Assembly: GCA_963817895.1 (NCBI GenBank)
Contig: CAWFQB010000005.1
Coordinates: forward strand, 640,001-704,000
Direction of reading: 5' to 3'
From: an uncultured Chthonomonadaceae bacterium
Lineage (GTDB): Bacteria > Armatimonadota > Chthonomonadetes > Chthonomonadales > Chthonomonadaceae
Length of the DNA: 64,000 bases
Positions within the stretch are counted from its first letter, which is position 1, and the number at the start of each line of letters is the position of its first letter. Below are positions 11,061 to 21,677 of the stretch, in pieces. The notes beneath the pieces are model-generated. The model saw nothing but the letters and a program-made list of their open reading frames with translations, was not told where the DNA came from and did no database searches. A program made the translations under genes and the position numbers.

Positions 11061-11276
11061 TCACGCTGATTTCTTTTGCAAGGTTTGGGAAGACGCCAGA
11101 ATAGGCCGCTCCAGGTTGATGGGAAAATGTCCGGTCATGTCGGTTTCTTCAATCCCCGGCGTCCTATACTCCATAAAATCCAGCAGTTCTTCGGGCGTCA
11201 TGCTGGCGAGGAACTCGCGCGCGCGAACAAAATCTTCATGAGTTATCCGATGGGGCTGTTTGTTGTCTGTTTCCAT
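11061..11276 (-). CDS. Small acidic protein, candidate antitoxin/partner of the upstream ART-like gene
   Basis: GAGGTG RBS; 71 aa; co-oriented directly downstream of the ART-like gene. Confidence 0.6.
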   Translation of the reverse strand: METDNKQPHRITHEDFVRAREFLASMTPEELLDFMEYRTPGIEETDMTGHFPINLERPILASSQTLQKKSA

Positions 11277-11332
11277 GCTTCACCTCTTTATCAGCAATGC
11301 GACAATTCTGTTTGCAGGCAAATGCAGCGCTA

Positions 11333-11912
11333 TCAGAAGTGTACCAAAAAGATGTCCAAAAAGCAAGCCGCGTCACGCGCTGCAATTTGCGTATGCGCGC
11401 GGCTGAGTATCTTTGAGCCGGGATAGATCGGGTCGCCTTCAGGGAAACTGCCACGCACTGTTTGTACAGCAGGCAGCAAGTTGGTTTCCAGAGCGCGGCA
11501 ACAGGTGTCAATTACTTGCCGATCAAGGTAGTGCGCTCCCCGTTGCGTATTTCGCGGCAGGTTCCCGCTCCCCACTTCTGCAACAACTTGCTGATACGTT
11601 TGCGCCAGTTCCTGCATGTATTGGGTATCCAGCAAGTTCAGGCAATTTCCTAACCGAATGGTTGCGCCCACAACGGCGGGTTCTTCTCCTGACGCGGCAC
11701 ACCTCAGCATAGCCCAATCCAGAGCGCGATACGGCGCGTACTCCCAAAAGTAGATGCCCTCGCCAAGCCAATCGTAGGCTTTGGTGGAAGGCGTGAATTG
11801 TTGCTGCGCGAGAATCATTTCGGCGGTTGCGCGAACAGCCGTGATAGCCGACCACGAACTCAGGCGCGACAATCAAGGGTGGGACGGAGTTGGGTTCTAA
11901 CGGCGATGACAC
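11333..11912 (-). CDS. ADP-ribosyltransferase-fold (DUF3990-like) protein; frameshift near 11832
   Basis: Joining two frames gives VVGYHGCSRATAEMIL...DWLGEGIYFWE...GNCLNLLD...HTQIAARD; YHG plus GIYF is the ART/PARP-like pattern. Confidence 0.65.
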
Positions 11913-12065
11913 TTCTTCTGCTCCTGCGCGTATTCTGCTATTGGCATAATTATAGCATTATCGGCGTCAGTATCGGAAGGGTATCTACGCGCTGATGGGG
12001 AACAGGCGGGTGAGAGTGGTCGAGGAACGCGGTTCGCGCTTGTCCGCTTACTCTGAGAGGAGCGT

Positions 12066-12233
12066 ATGAAAATCGGTTACATCGCTTTGTGTCTGATCGT
12101 GCCGTTGCTATGGGGGTTGGCGTCCGCGCGCCTGTTCGACTGGTGGCAGGCGCGTTCCAAACGAACGGATTCTCCGCCCGACAGCAATGACGATACTGAC
12201 TCGCCTATGTCCGGGGATATGTACCATATTTAG
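12066..12233 (+). CDS. 55-aa single-pass membrane protein upstream of TSUP transporter (not in ORF track)
   Basis: GAGGAG RBS; MKIGYIALCLIVPLLWGLASARLFDWWQARSKRTDSPPDSNDDTDSPMSGDMYHI. Confidence 0.7.
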   Translation: MKIGYIALCLIVPLLWGLASARLFDWWQARSKRTDSPPDSNDDTDSPMSGDMYHI

Positions 12234-12328
12234 GTTGTTAGTTGTTAGGTTGTTAGGTTGTTAGGAATACTGCATTATCCAAGAGGTCTTTGACTTATGA
12301 ACTTAACAACTAACAACCTAACAACCTA
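12230..12328. repeat. Hairpin with (TTAGGTTG/TTAGTTG)n and (CTAACAAC)n arms
   Basis: Inverted microsatellite arms; same unit at 22483-22607. Confidence 0.85.
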
Positions 12329-12343
12329 CTCTCGGTAACTCAC

Positions 12344-13240
12344 ATGATTGCAGCACATACGCCGTTTTGGTGGATAGGTTTGGTGTTGCTTGGCTTTGCG
12401 GTTGGCATCATCGCGGGCATGTTCGGGGTGGGCGGCGGGTTTCTGCTGACGCCGATGCTTGCTGTACTGTTTCGCGTACCGCTGGATGTGGCGGTGGGAA
12501 CGGGCATGTGCCAGATGATCGGCGTGGGTGTCGCCGCGCTGTCGCGCCATCTCAAATTGAAACAGGGCGAACTCGTCATAGACGGCCTGATGCTGCCGGG
12601 CAGTCTGCTGGGCGTGGGATTGGGGGCGCAGACGGTCGCCATTCTGAGTGGCATAGGCGCGCTGCGCATTGCCGGACATACGATTGCCGCTTCACATTTC
12701 GGGCTGTCTGTCGCGTACATCCTGACGCTCGCGTTTATCGCCTTCTGGATGGGACGCGATTCCCGCCGCCCCATGCGCCCCGCCGGGGAACCCGTGCCGC
12801 CGGGTCCCCTTGCCCGCCTGCCCCTGCCGCCCTACGTATGGCTTCCCCGTTCGGAACAGCGCGTTTCCACTCTCGTCATCGCCTATCTCGGACTGGCAAC
12901 CGGCTTTCTGTCCGGGCTGCTCGGCATGGGCGGCGGCGCGATTCTGACGCCCATTCTGATCTACGGCATCGGGATGCGGACGCGAACGGCGGCGGGAACG
13001 GGTATTCTGGTTCTTGTCGCCACGTCCTTAGTCGGAACCGCTGTTCATGCGTGGAACGGACATGTTCATCTCGGCATGGCAATCACGCTGCTTACCGGTT
13101 CCACAATCGGTGCGCAATTGGGGGCAATGCTGACCTCCAGAACGGACGGCCAGAAACTGCGCCGCGTTTTTGTGTGGCTCGTGCTGTTCACGATGGCTGC
13201 CGTTGTCTGGGATTTACTCCGTGTTCTGCTTGCCTCATAG
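12344..13240 (+). CDS. Sulfite exporter TauE/SafE (TSUP) family transporter
   Basis: Duplicated GMFGVGGGFLLTP / GLLGMGGGAILTP motifs; AVGT; about 8 hydrophobic segments. Confidence 0.9.
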   Translation: MIAAHTPFWWIGLVLLGFAVGIIAGMFGVGGGFLLTPMLAVLFRVPLDVAVGTGMCQMIGVGVAALSRHLKLKQGELVIDGLMLPGSLLGVGLGAQTVAILSGIGALRIAGHTIAASHFGLSVAYILTLAFIAFWMGRDSRRPMRPAGEPVPPGPLARLPLPPYVWLPRSEQRVSTLVIAYLGLATGFLSGLLGMGGGAILTPILIYGIGMRTRTAAGTGILVLVATSLVGTAVHAWNGHVHLGMAITLLTGSTIGAQLGAMLTSRTDGQKLRRVFVWLVLFTMAAVVWDLLRVLLAS

Positions 13241-13375
13241 TTCCTGTATGTTGATACTGCCCGAAAAAGGGCAGGACTTCGCCTGCGTTACAGAGAAACT
13301 TATCTTCAGAATGTTTCCGCAGACTGTCCGCCTGTATTTTCGCAGGCGTCACTTTCAAGATTTCAGGAGGTTGCC

Positions 13376-14059
13376 ATGCTGCTTCGCCGTTTGCCGCGCC
13401 CGGTCGTCGCGTCCGCTGTATGCCTGACCTTGTCGCTTCCGACAGTTGCGCATGAGCATTTTCTGCCCTGTTTCGTTTCGGAAGCCCCGGTTCCCATCGC
13501 GTATCATCCGCGTTATGAGAACCTCTTTCAGGGCTACGAGCAGTGGGTTCGCCTGAGTTTTCAGCCCTCCCGCTGGCGGACGCTGGCGTACATCGAAGAC
13601 TGCGGCCTGCGCAAAATCGCGGCTCGCCTTCATCTGCATCCGGCTCCTGAGAGCGCGACTTCACCCTGTTCGTCGGGCGGCAGTAACGAAATACCGCGCG
13701 ACAGTTGGGTGTATCCCGCGCTGAAAAGCCTGCAACAGGAACATCTGGTGGAGATTTCCGGTTCCAGTTGCTACTTCCGCAATAAACTCCCGCCGCTTTT
13801 CACGCGCTATGAGGTGGCTGTTGCTTTGCAACGCGCCCTGTCGCATTTTACGCGAACGCGCTCAGACGATGCGGGCGTAGTATGGGAATCTTGCGTCGTC
13901 AACCGGGACCTGCGGCGGCAGACGGCCCGTGACCTGATAGATCTGTGTTACCAGTTCAGAGGGGAATTGCAGGCGATAGGCATGGATGCGCAACATACCG
14001 AACGGCTTACCCACACGCTGGAAGCGTATCTGCGCTCTCGTCCCACATCTGCGCAATAA
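13376..14059 (+). CDS. Secreted protein with S-layer-homology-like segment
   Basis: AGGAGG RBS; signal-like N-terminus; EIPRDSWVYPALKSL...TRYEVAVAL resembles SLH (DVPxxHWAY...TRYE). Confidence 0.6.
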   Translation: MLLRRLPRPVVASAVCLTLSLPTVAHEHFLPCFVSEAPVPIAYHPRYENLFQGYEQWVRLSFQPSRWRTLAYIEDCGLRKIAARLHLHPAPESATSPCSSGGSNEIPRDSWVYPALKSLQQEHLVEISGSSCYFRNKLPPLFTRYEVAVALQRALSHFTRTRSDDAGVVWESCVVNRDLRRQTARDLIDLCYQFRGELQAIGMDAQHTERLTHTLEAYLRSRPTSAQ

Positions 14060-14167
14060 CATCCGTCTGCCACAGTATCTGAAACCGATGAACGCGGTTG
14101 TAACGGCGTTTCCATTCAGCATCCCGCTATCTAATCGTAACACAATCCAAAACAGGAGAAATCAAAC

Positions 14168-15225
14168 GTGACGCAGGCAAACGTGGCGCAGGAACTACAA
14201 TTGAAATGGGGCATTTTAGGCACGGGCAATATCGCTAAAACCCTTGCCCTTGCCATCAACGCCTCCAAAACCGGGCATCTGCTTGCGGTGGGCAGCCGCT
14301 CACAGGAAGCGGCGGACAAGTTCGGCGCGGAACACAGCATCGAACGCCGTTACGACACTTACGACAAAGTTCTTGAGCGACCCGGACGTGCAGGCCGTCT
14401 ACATTTCGCTCCCGAACCATCTGCATAAGGAATGGGCCATCAAGTGCGCTCAGGCGGGCAAGCATGTCCTGTGCGAAAAGCCGTTTACGGTGAATCTGGC
14501 GGAAGCGGAAGAAGCCATAGATGCAGTACGCGCAACCGGCGTGTTTCTGATGGAAGCGTTTCAATACCGCTGCCATCCGATTATGCGGAAGACCTGCGAG
14601 TTGATTCAGTCCGGCGCGATTGGAACCGTGAAAATCATACAGGCCAGTTTTCAGTACAATCTCGGCCCGAAGTATGAGAACATCCGGCTGTCGAACCCCG
14701 CTGCGGGCGGCGGCATTATGGACGTGGGCTGCTACACCCTCGCGTTTGTTCGGCTGATTGCGGGCGCGGCAATCGGGAAACCGTTTTCGGAACCGGAGGA
14801 GTTGAGGGGCGTAGGCTACATTGGCCCGACTAGCCGCGTGGATGAGCAGGCGACGGCGGCGATAAAGTTTCCCGGCGACATTGTGGCGTATCTCGCCTGT
14901 GGGACGCAGATGTACGGCGACCGGGCGGCGGTTATCTTCGGCACGGAGGGCAAAATCGTCATTCCCAACCCCTGGATACCGGCGGAAAAGGACAACAAAA
15001 TCCTGCTGTATAAACCGGGCGAAAACACGCCGCAGGAGTTTGTCGTGGACGCGGACGGCAGAGGACCGTACACCGTTGAGGCCGACCTGCTGGCGCAGTG
15101 CATTCGCGGCAGGCAAAACGGAACCCGATACGCCCGCCCTTACATGGCAGGACAGCCTGGGCAACATGCGCGCTCTGGACATGTGGCGCAAAGAAATCGG
15201 CCTTGTTTTCGATGTAGAAAAATAA
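14168..15225 (+). CDS. Gfo/Idh/MocA oxidoreductase; frameshifts near 14375 and 15110
   Basis: WGILGTGNIA, VYISLPNHLH, GKHVLCEKP, GGGIMDVGCY, then DSLGNMRALDMWR in a third frame. Confidence 0.9.
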
Positions 15226-15262
15226 GACCGGTCAAACAGACAGAACAGAGGAGTTATTAACC

Positions 15263-16683
15263 ATGACGGACATTCCATTGACGGCGAGTACGAACAATAT
15301 GCCGCTGATACAACACAGGAAGAACACTGCTGCGGCGGGCCGGGATACGCTTCACCCGAAGAGGCGATGAAGGCGGAACCGGAAAAACTGCTGTATACCA
15401 TTGCGCTGTATACGGGAACGGGCATTGAAGAGCCGGATTATCTGGCTACCGTAGATGTTGACCCCGCTTCGCCCACTTATAGCAAAGTGATTTCCCGCGC
15501 GCCCGTGCCGAATATCGGGGACGAACTGCACCATTTTGGCTGGAACGCTTGCAGCAGTTGCCACAATGACGGCAGCAAATCGCGGCGGTTTCTGGTCGTG
15601 CCGGGGCAGAGTTCGAGCCGTATTCATATCTTCGACACGAAGGAACCGCGCTATCCCGTCTTGCATAAAGTGATCGAACCCGAAGAGATCAAACGCGAAA
15701 ACCAATCTTATCCGCGCCGCATACCGTGCATTGCCTTGCGGACGGGCATGTGATGATCTCCATGCTTGGTGACGCGGAGGGCAACGGGCCGGGCGGGTTT
15801 CTGCTGCTGGACAGCAATTTCGACATTGCGGGCCGGTGGGAACACGACATGACCGGCATGAACTTCAATTATGACTTTTGGTATCAGCCCCGGCACAACG
15901 TCATGGTCAGCAGCGAGTGGGGCGCGCCCAAAACCTATCAGCCCGGTTTCGATCTCGACGACGTGAAAAACGGCAAATACGGCCACTCGCTGCACTTCTG
16001 GGACTGGCAAAAGCATGACATCATCAAGAGCGTGGATTTGGGCGAAGAGGGCATGATTCCTCTCGAACTGCGCTTTCACCACAACCCGGACAGCACGCAC
16101 GGCTATGTGGCCGCCGCGCTTTCCAGCAACGTGTTCCACTTTACCAAAAACGGCGACGCCCCGACGGATTGGGCGGTCAACAAAGTGATGGATGTGGAGC
16201 CGTTTGAACTGGATAGCTGGCCGTTCCCCGTGCCGTCGCTAATTACCGACATTCTGCTGTCGCTGGATGATAAGTACATGTACTTTTCTAACTGGCTGCA
16301 CGGCGACATTCGCCAGTACGACATTTCCGAGCCCGGCGAACCCGAAGCTGTCCGGGCAAGTGTGGTGCGGCGGATTGTTGGGCCGGAGTTCCAAAGTGCA
16401 GGGACACACGCTGCATGGCGGGCCGCAGATGATCCAACTCAGTCTGGACGGCAAGCGTTTGTACGTCACCAACAGCCTGTTCAGTTCGTGGGACAACCAG
16501 TTTTATCCCGACATGAAGCAGTCCGGCTCGTACATGCTGCAAATTGACTGCGATGGGGAAAACGGCGGCATGAAGATCAACGAAGATTTCTACGTGGACT
16601 TCTCCAAAGAACCCAACGGCCCCTCCCGCGCCCACGAAATGCGCTACCCCGGCGGCGATGTCACTTCCGACATCTGGATATAG
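15263..16683 (+). CDS. Selenium-binding protein 56 / methanethiol oxidase-like (SBP56); three indels
   Basis: [79 protein letters not shown]. Confidence 0.92.
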
Positions 16684-16960
16684 GAGAAGAAAAGGAGAAA
16701 AGGAGAAGAGGAGAGGGAACCGCTAAACACTCGAAATAAACGAAAAAAGACAAAAAGAAGAACAAAAGAAAAATAGACAGGATTAAATGGATTTTTCAGG
16801 ATGGACAGGATTATACATTAAAACCAGATGGATTGTAATTCCTATATGTGTGTATCCGTGTCCTCCATGGTTTGTATTTTTGTTTTCCTCATTTTTCGTG
16901 TGTTTCGCGTATTTCGGCGATTCCCCTCTCCTCTTCTCCTTTTCTCCTTTTCTCCTCTTC
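16682..16960. repeat. Nested composite palindromic element, copy 1
   Basis: Outer (AGGAGAAA)n arms, AACCGC..CGAAATAAACGAAAAA arms, inner (CAGGAT)n and ATCCGTGTCCTC modules; inverted relative at 53195-53500. Confidence 0.8.
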
Positions 16961-18187
16961 TTACTCTGTATTGCCGGGGCGGAGGAGTTGTTCGGCGGGC
17001 GTGGTTTCCACGTACAGGCCGGGGCGCAGCAGTTGATTGGCGGGGGAAGCGTTGTGGGACGGGCGCAGCAGGATGGCGGGGGCCTGTTCCTCGCGCAGCC
17101 GCGTTTGTAAAACAGGTAGGACGCGGGCAGCCTCCTCGCGCACGGCAGGGGTTGCGCCGTGTTCGGCAAGACGCGCCACTTTGTCGGCCACGCTTCCCGT
17201 TCCCACCCATTCCAGCGCCTGCAAAATCGCCACGTCTAGATCGGGATCGTGTCCCCGGCCCAGGGCGTCCATCAGCTTGCTGCGCGCGCCGAAGGGTAAC
17301 TTCTCCATGTCTTCGCTGTCCACATGGGGCAGCAGATAGCGCAAGGCAAGTCGGGCGGGACCCGGCGACATGCGGTTGTAGCCGAATGCGCCCTCGATTA
17401 CGGCGGGTAGAAACGCTTTGTCGCCTGCCGCGCGCAGCCCTTGCGCCGCAAGCATGGCGATGGCGTTGCGCTCCGAGGCTTCGCGCAGGGCGCGGTACGG
17501 CAGAATACCAAACAGCGCGGCCACAAACCAGAAAAACACGCCCAACATTGTCAGCACGAACAGAGCCGACATTCCCATAACCGGACTGTCCGTAACCATC
17601 ATCCATGTCAGTGTGCCGCCTACAACCATTGTGACCGCAAGGCGAATGGAGTACAAGAGGGGGCGATCCCAGCGCGGGGGCGGCGTGGGCAAACCCGCCA
17701 GCGTGACGGCTACCAGTGTTCCGGCAGCCAGCGGGGTTTGCAGACTGCTGATGGTATCCACGAGCCGTTTCATGCCGCTCAGGGGCCAGTCACCCCCCTG
17801 ATTCAAAACCGCGTTCAGAGCAGGCAGGGCGTCCGGGCCATACGACGCGAGAATATCCGCAGCGGCCTGCTGTACATTAGGGTCTGGATCGAGGATGGCG
17901 AGGGCAAGGGGGGCGAGCGCGCGTTCGGCTCCGATTTGCCCCAGCGCGTCCACAGCCGCCAGCCGCGCTCCCGCCCATCGTTTGCGTTTTATGCTGAGTA
18001 CGCTGCCGAGGAGAGGGACTAAAGCAATGTCGCGCGTTTCTCCCGCCCGTCCGGCAAGCGCCTGACACTCCCCCGGATTGACGCTCACGAGGGCCGCGCG
18101 CAGGCTTTGCGCCAGATCGCTTTCTTCCGCCATGTCGCGGATGCTGGAACGCGGCAGTTCGGTCAGGTTGACATGTTCGCTGTTCAT
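16961..18187 (-). CDS. HEAT-repeat protein with two central transmembrane helices
   Basis: RLAAVDALGQIG, VQQAAADIL, AILQALEWVG repeats; GGAGAG RBS before ATG at 18187. Confidence 0.75.
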   Translation of the reverse strand: MNSEHVNLTELPRSSIRDMAEESDLAQSLRAALVSVNPGECQALAGRAGETRDIALVPLLGSVLSIKRKRWAGARLAAVDALGQIGAERALAPLALAILDPDPNVQQAAADILASYGPDALPALNAVLNQGGDWPLSGMKRLVDTISSLQTPLAAGTLVAVTLAGLPTPPPRWDRPLLYSIRLAVTMVVGGTLTWMMVTDSPVMGMSALFVLTMLGVFFWFVAALFGILPYRALREASERNAIAMLAAQGLRAAGDKAFLPAVIEGAFGYNRMSPGPARLALRYLLPHVDSEDMEKLPFGARSKLMDALGRGHDPDLDVAILQALEWVGTGSVADKVARLAEHGATPAVREEAARVLPVLQTRLREEQAPAILLRPSHNASPANQLLRPGLYVETTPAEQLLRPGNTE

Positions 18188-18208
18188 ACTCTCCCCATAT
18201 TTTAAGTG

Positions 18209-18270
18209 GCCCTCAACCCGGGCGTCCACTTGTGGACATGCCCCTTCTCCCAACTTTGGGAGAAGGGGAA
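18209..18270. repeat. REP-like palindrome CCCTCA.CCC...CCCCTTCTCCCA-actt-TGGGAGAAGGGG
   Basis: Perfect 12-bp stem at 18241-18268; related copies at 26826-26896 and 29787-29831. Confidence 0.75.
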
Positions 18271-18285
18271 CCTGTTGGGACAAGT

Positions 18286-19053
18286 TCAATCCGCGTCGCT
18301 GATGGTTCCATCCGGGTTGAGAACCGCGCAGTAGCGGAACATCTTCTTTGTCGTAGCGTCGAACTGCTCAAAGGTGGCGCGGGGAATTTTCATGCGGTAG
18401 GGTTGGCCCTCGAAGCGAAACCAGCCGCGCGAGTAGACAAGCGCGACATTGGGACGGGAACGTTCGCCCCGGTTCGGCGTTCCCCGATGCCACATGCGCG
18501 CGTCCCGCAGCAGCAAATCACCCGCTTTGAGCAGGGGTTTAATGGAGGGCATGTGCGCGGCCATGCGCTCCATGTCGCGGGGCTGCCCGATGAGATGGGT
18601 TCCACCCGGCCACATTTCCAGCGGGCCGTTTTCTACCGTATAATCCACAAGCGGCAGGTTCAGCACACAACTGTAAACCGGAACGCCATACGCGGTTTCG
18701 GGGAACGGCAGGCGCGTATCCAGATGCACAGCCTGATAATCTGAACCGGGAAACGGCGTATCCGACGCGAAGTAGGTGCAGATCATGTCTTTGCCGAACA
18801 GGTTTTCCAGAATGGCAAGGATGGTCGGGTTGGCGTAAAGGTCGGGATCGGCATACGGCAACTCAAACGGCAGGTGCATCTGGAAACGGTTCGCGCCCCG
18901 GTTGGTAGGTTCTGCGGCGCGCTTGGCTTCCAGTCGCACATCGAATTTTTCCAGCATCGCCGCCGTTTTGCCGCGCGAGTACGCCTGCTCCAGCACGACA
19001 TAGCCGTTCATGCGGATTTCATCCGCCAACGATTGTATCTGTTCAGCATCCAA
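18286..19053 (-). CDS. Phytanoyl-CoA dioxygenase (PhyH) family Fe(II)/2OG oxygenase
   Basis: QAVHLD (HxD), NGPLEMWPGGTH, RMWHRGTPN...R. Confidence 0.9.
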   Translation of the reverse strand: MDAEQIQSLADEIRMNGYVVLEQAYSRGKTAAMLEKFDVRLEAKRAAEPTNRGANRFQMHLPFELPYADPDLYANPTILAILENLFGKDMICTYFASDTPFPGSDYQAVHLDTRLPFPETAYGVPVYSCVLNLPLVDYTVENGPLEMWPGGTHLIGQPRDMERMAAHMPSIKPLLKAGDLLLRDARMWHRGTPNRGERSRPNVALVYSRGWFRFEGQPYRMKIPRATFEQFDATTKKMFRYCAVLNPDGTISDAD

Positions 19054-19067
19054 AGCAAATCATCCTT

Positions 19068-19184
19068 TCACCACAGAGACACAGAGACACAGAGGTTTCA
19101 CAGAGATGAGATAAAATGAAGAGGAGAGGAGGTTATTTCTGTTCTCCTCTGTGACTCCTCTGTGTCTCTGTGCCTCGGTGGTTA
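19068..19184. repeat. Hairpin with (CACAGAGA)n / (CTCTGTG)n arms
   Basis: ACCACAGAGACACAGAGACACAGAG ... CTCTGTGTCTCTGTGCCTCGGTGGT. Confidence 0.85.
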
Positions 19185-19185
19185 A

Positions 19186-20505
19186 TTATTTCACCGTTAC
19201 TTCAGGCGGGTCGGCGTAGCCCTGATATTGCTCGGCGATTTGGGCGGTTGTGGTGTCGCCCTCGTGGAACACGACGCGGTAGCGCAGGGTGAGGGTTTTA
19301 TCAGGAGAAAGGGTGTAGTCGCCCGCGCCCTTTGCGCCCAATCCGAAATCGTGAAGGCCGAAGGGGTTGACGGTGAACAGGCCGTAATCGCGGGCATGCC
19401 ACGTTTGCGGATGGCGCAGGTTTTGCGGATGGTCGAAAATGGCGACGCCATACGTTTTGCCGTCAATCGGGCCGTAGTTGTCTACCCACTCGTTGGGCTT
19501 GCCCCACACCTTGCTGTCTTTCAGGCCGGACGCGGATTCGATATGCCCGGTGGGAGGGTCAATATGCGTGTCCTTGCCGGGAGTTGGCGCGAACGAATCG
19601 GGAACGCGCAGGCCGAACATGCCCTCTTTGGTATCGCCGAAAATCAGGGATTCGCCATTGGGCTTGATAGCAATATCGAAATCCATGATGCGGGTTTGCC
19701 CCACGCGATAGATACGAATGGAACGTACATCGGTCGCCATCAGGTTTTTGTCGGGGCCGCGCCATACGGTGCGTGTTTGAAACGCGCCGAACAGCGGGCC
19801 ACCGGTCACGTTCTCATAGCCTCCAGCAATGGTTGTACCCAGTTTGGTTTTCGGGCCGGGAACTTCCGTCCAGAAATCAACGCCGTTGATGTCGCCATGC
19901 GTGAACCACAGGCCGCGATGGTGCGGGTGATCGTGGCTCTCGTTCGTAGTCTCTTCCAGCGGCCAGCGGCGGGTGAATGGCTTGCCATCTGAGGTGAGAA
20001 TGGGATAAAAGAAGGGCTTATTCGGGCCGCTATGTGTTGTATAGCGCGTGAATAAAGCCTTATCGTCCGCCCCCATCAGTACATCCATATCGTCGCCATG
20101 CGCCTGAACTCTCACGCCCGAACCGGGCTTGCTGACAACATTTTTCGCGGAATTGAGATGATACGTCCGCGTTGCCCCCTGCGGCAAATCTTCCACCAGA
20201 AACGTCAGCAGGATTTGTCCGTCCTGTTCGCTAACCTGCGCCGTTTCCTGCCGCTTGTCCTCGTCCTGTATCGTAACGGCGGACGCGGAAGCAAGCGCGG
20301 TCTGGTCCCCTGTCGGCAAGGCAACCGTGATGAGCGCGTTGTGATAAGCGTGGTTTTTCGCGTGAACTGTAATCATGGGCAGTTTCTCCGCAGCGCCGGT
20401 CACGTCCGCTATGCCCGCCACCAAAAGGAGTGTCAGGGGCATGAGCAGCGGGCGTGGCAAAGCCTTTCCTGAACGTTTTTCGGAACCAACGAACAAAGAG
20501 CGCAT
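19186..20505 (-). CDS. Secreted DUF6807 ('PmoA-family') protein
   Basis: KPFFYP, DHPHHRGLWF, FGDTKEG, AIFDHPQN..HP..WHARDYGLF.VNPFG. Confidence 0.8.
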   Translation of the reverse strand: MRSLFVGSEKRSGKALPRPLLMPLTLLLVAGIADVTGAAEKLPMITVHAKNHAYHNALITVALPTGDQTALASASAVTIQDEDKRQETAQVSEQDGQILLTFLVEDLPQGATRTYHLNSAKNVVSKPGSGVRVQAHGDDMDVLMGADDKALFTRYTTHSGPNKPFFYPILTSDGKPFTRRWPLEETTNESHDHPHHRGLWFTHGDINGVDFWTEVPGPKTKLGTTIAGGYENVTGGPLFGAFQTRTVWRGPDKNLMATDVRSIRIYRVGQTRIMDFDIAIKPNGESLIFGDTKEGMFGLRVPDSFAPTPGKDTHIDPPTGHIESASGLKDSKVWGKPNEWVDNYGPIDGKTYGVAIFDHPQNLRHPQTWHARDYGLFTVNPFGLHDFGLGAKGAGDYTLSPDKTLTLRYRVVFHEGDTTTAQIAEQYQGYADPPEVTVK

Positions 20506-20586
20506 GGCATTTTTCTCCGGCTGTCGTTTGTCTGTCGTTGATGCGCCGCGTATTCACCGTGAAGCCGGTGGCTATATCCTGAAACG

Positions 20587-21309
20587 CTACTTGCGCGTAA
20601 TGATGGTTTCCGCTTCCAGATGAACCGAGGTCTGACTGTTGCCGACGCGAATGGACTGCTTCATGTCGGAACTGACCAGCGTACCGTCGCTAACCGCCAC
20701 ATAGATCGTGCCATGATTGACGTACTGTAAATCGCCCTGCCCTGTAATGGAGGCTTCCAGTTCCGCTACCTGCTGTCCGGCCACCGTTTTCAAGCCCCGG
20801 AAATAGTAGGTGCTGATGACGTCCATGGAACGCCCGTTGCGCAGCAACTTTTGCGCGACTGTGTAGCGATCTCCCACCATCATCGGGTCTGTGGAAAATA
20901 GTGGCATGCTGATGTCCAGTCGCGTGGCGTTTTTCATAAATTCCAGCAGCTTGTTTTCCGTATCCACCTGAACGGTTTCCGTCTGCTCGTCGGCGACACT
21001 TTTGCCTTTGGCGGACATAGGGCCGATAGTGATTTTCAGAGTGGCGTTGCCCTCTTTCATGCTCTGCACAACGACGGACAGAGGGCCGGACAAGACATTG
21101 TTGGCTCCCGGCCCGATCATAACCGCTCCCCCGGTAGGCTTCAGAGTGGTTCTGGTCGTATAAGCGTATTTCGCGCCCGCCGCGTATTTCGCGCGAAATT
21201 GATAAGCTTCACCCACCTTCGTTACCTGCGCGTTCGCGCGGCACATCGTTATGCCCACGCCAACCGCTAACACGGACAACAATCGCGCCCCGTTCCAGAT
21301 TCCAGACAT
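20587..21309 (-). CDS. Secreted hypothetical beta-rich protein
   Basis: AAGGAG RBS before ATG; signal peptide ending ANA-Q. Confidence 0.65.
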   Translation of the reverse strand: MSGIWNGARLLSVLAVGVGITMCRANAQVTKVGEAYQFRAKYAAGAKYAYTTRTTLKPTGGAVMIGPGANNVLSGPLSVVVQSMKEGNATLKITIGPMSAKGKSVADEQTETVQVDTENKLLEFMKNATRLDISMPLFSTDPMMVGDRYTVAQKLLRNGRSMDVISTYYFRGLKTVAGQQVAELEASITGQGDLQYVNHGTIYVAVSDGTLVSSDMKQSIRVGNSQTSVHLEAETIITRK

Positions 21310-21677
21310 GTATAGCTCCTTTGCTCTACAGTTTGCCACGCCCGAATAGCCTCCCTCATGTTGATAGCGGCAGCAATGCTGCTGTCAATGCGAGGGGCGC
21401 GGTTCCATATCCTGATTATCAGTCCGTTTTCGCGCATCAACAGCCCTCTTCAGCGAGAGCCGCAGGGTACAGAACGGTGTTGTGTTCGGCCTGTTGAGGA
21501 ACATTTCCTGCTCATATCCATAAATCCCGCAATTTAATTGGTTTATTTGGCGGTCAGGCAGAACCTCCCCGCGCAGTTTACGTAATCAAAAAGAGAGTCA
21601 GAAACGTAATGCCCGCGCGCCGCAAGCCTTAAATGGTTCTCGCGCAAACCATAACACGAGCAAACAAGGAGAGGGAT

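Noticed and set aside
18188..18289. Longer start for the HEAT protein (MNLSQQVPLLPKLGEG...)
   Set aside because: Translates a REP-like palindrome; a good RBS precedes ATG at 18187
19186..20505. Particulate methane monooxygenase (family nicknamed PmoA)
   Set aside because: Soluble secreted DUF6807-type protein; no pmoC/pmoB and no multi-TM profile
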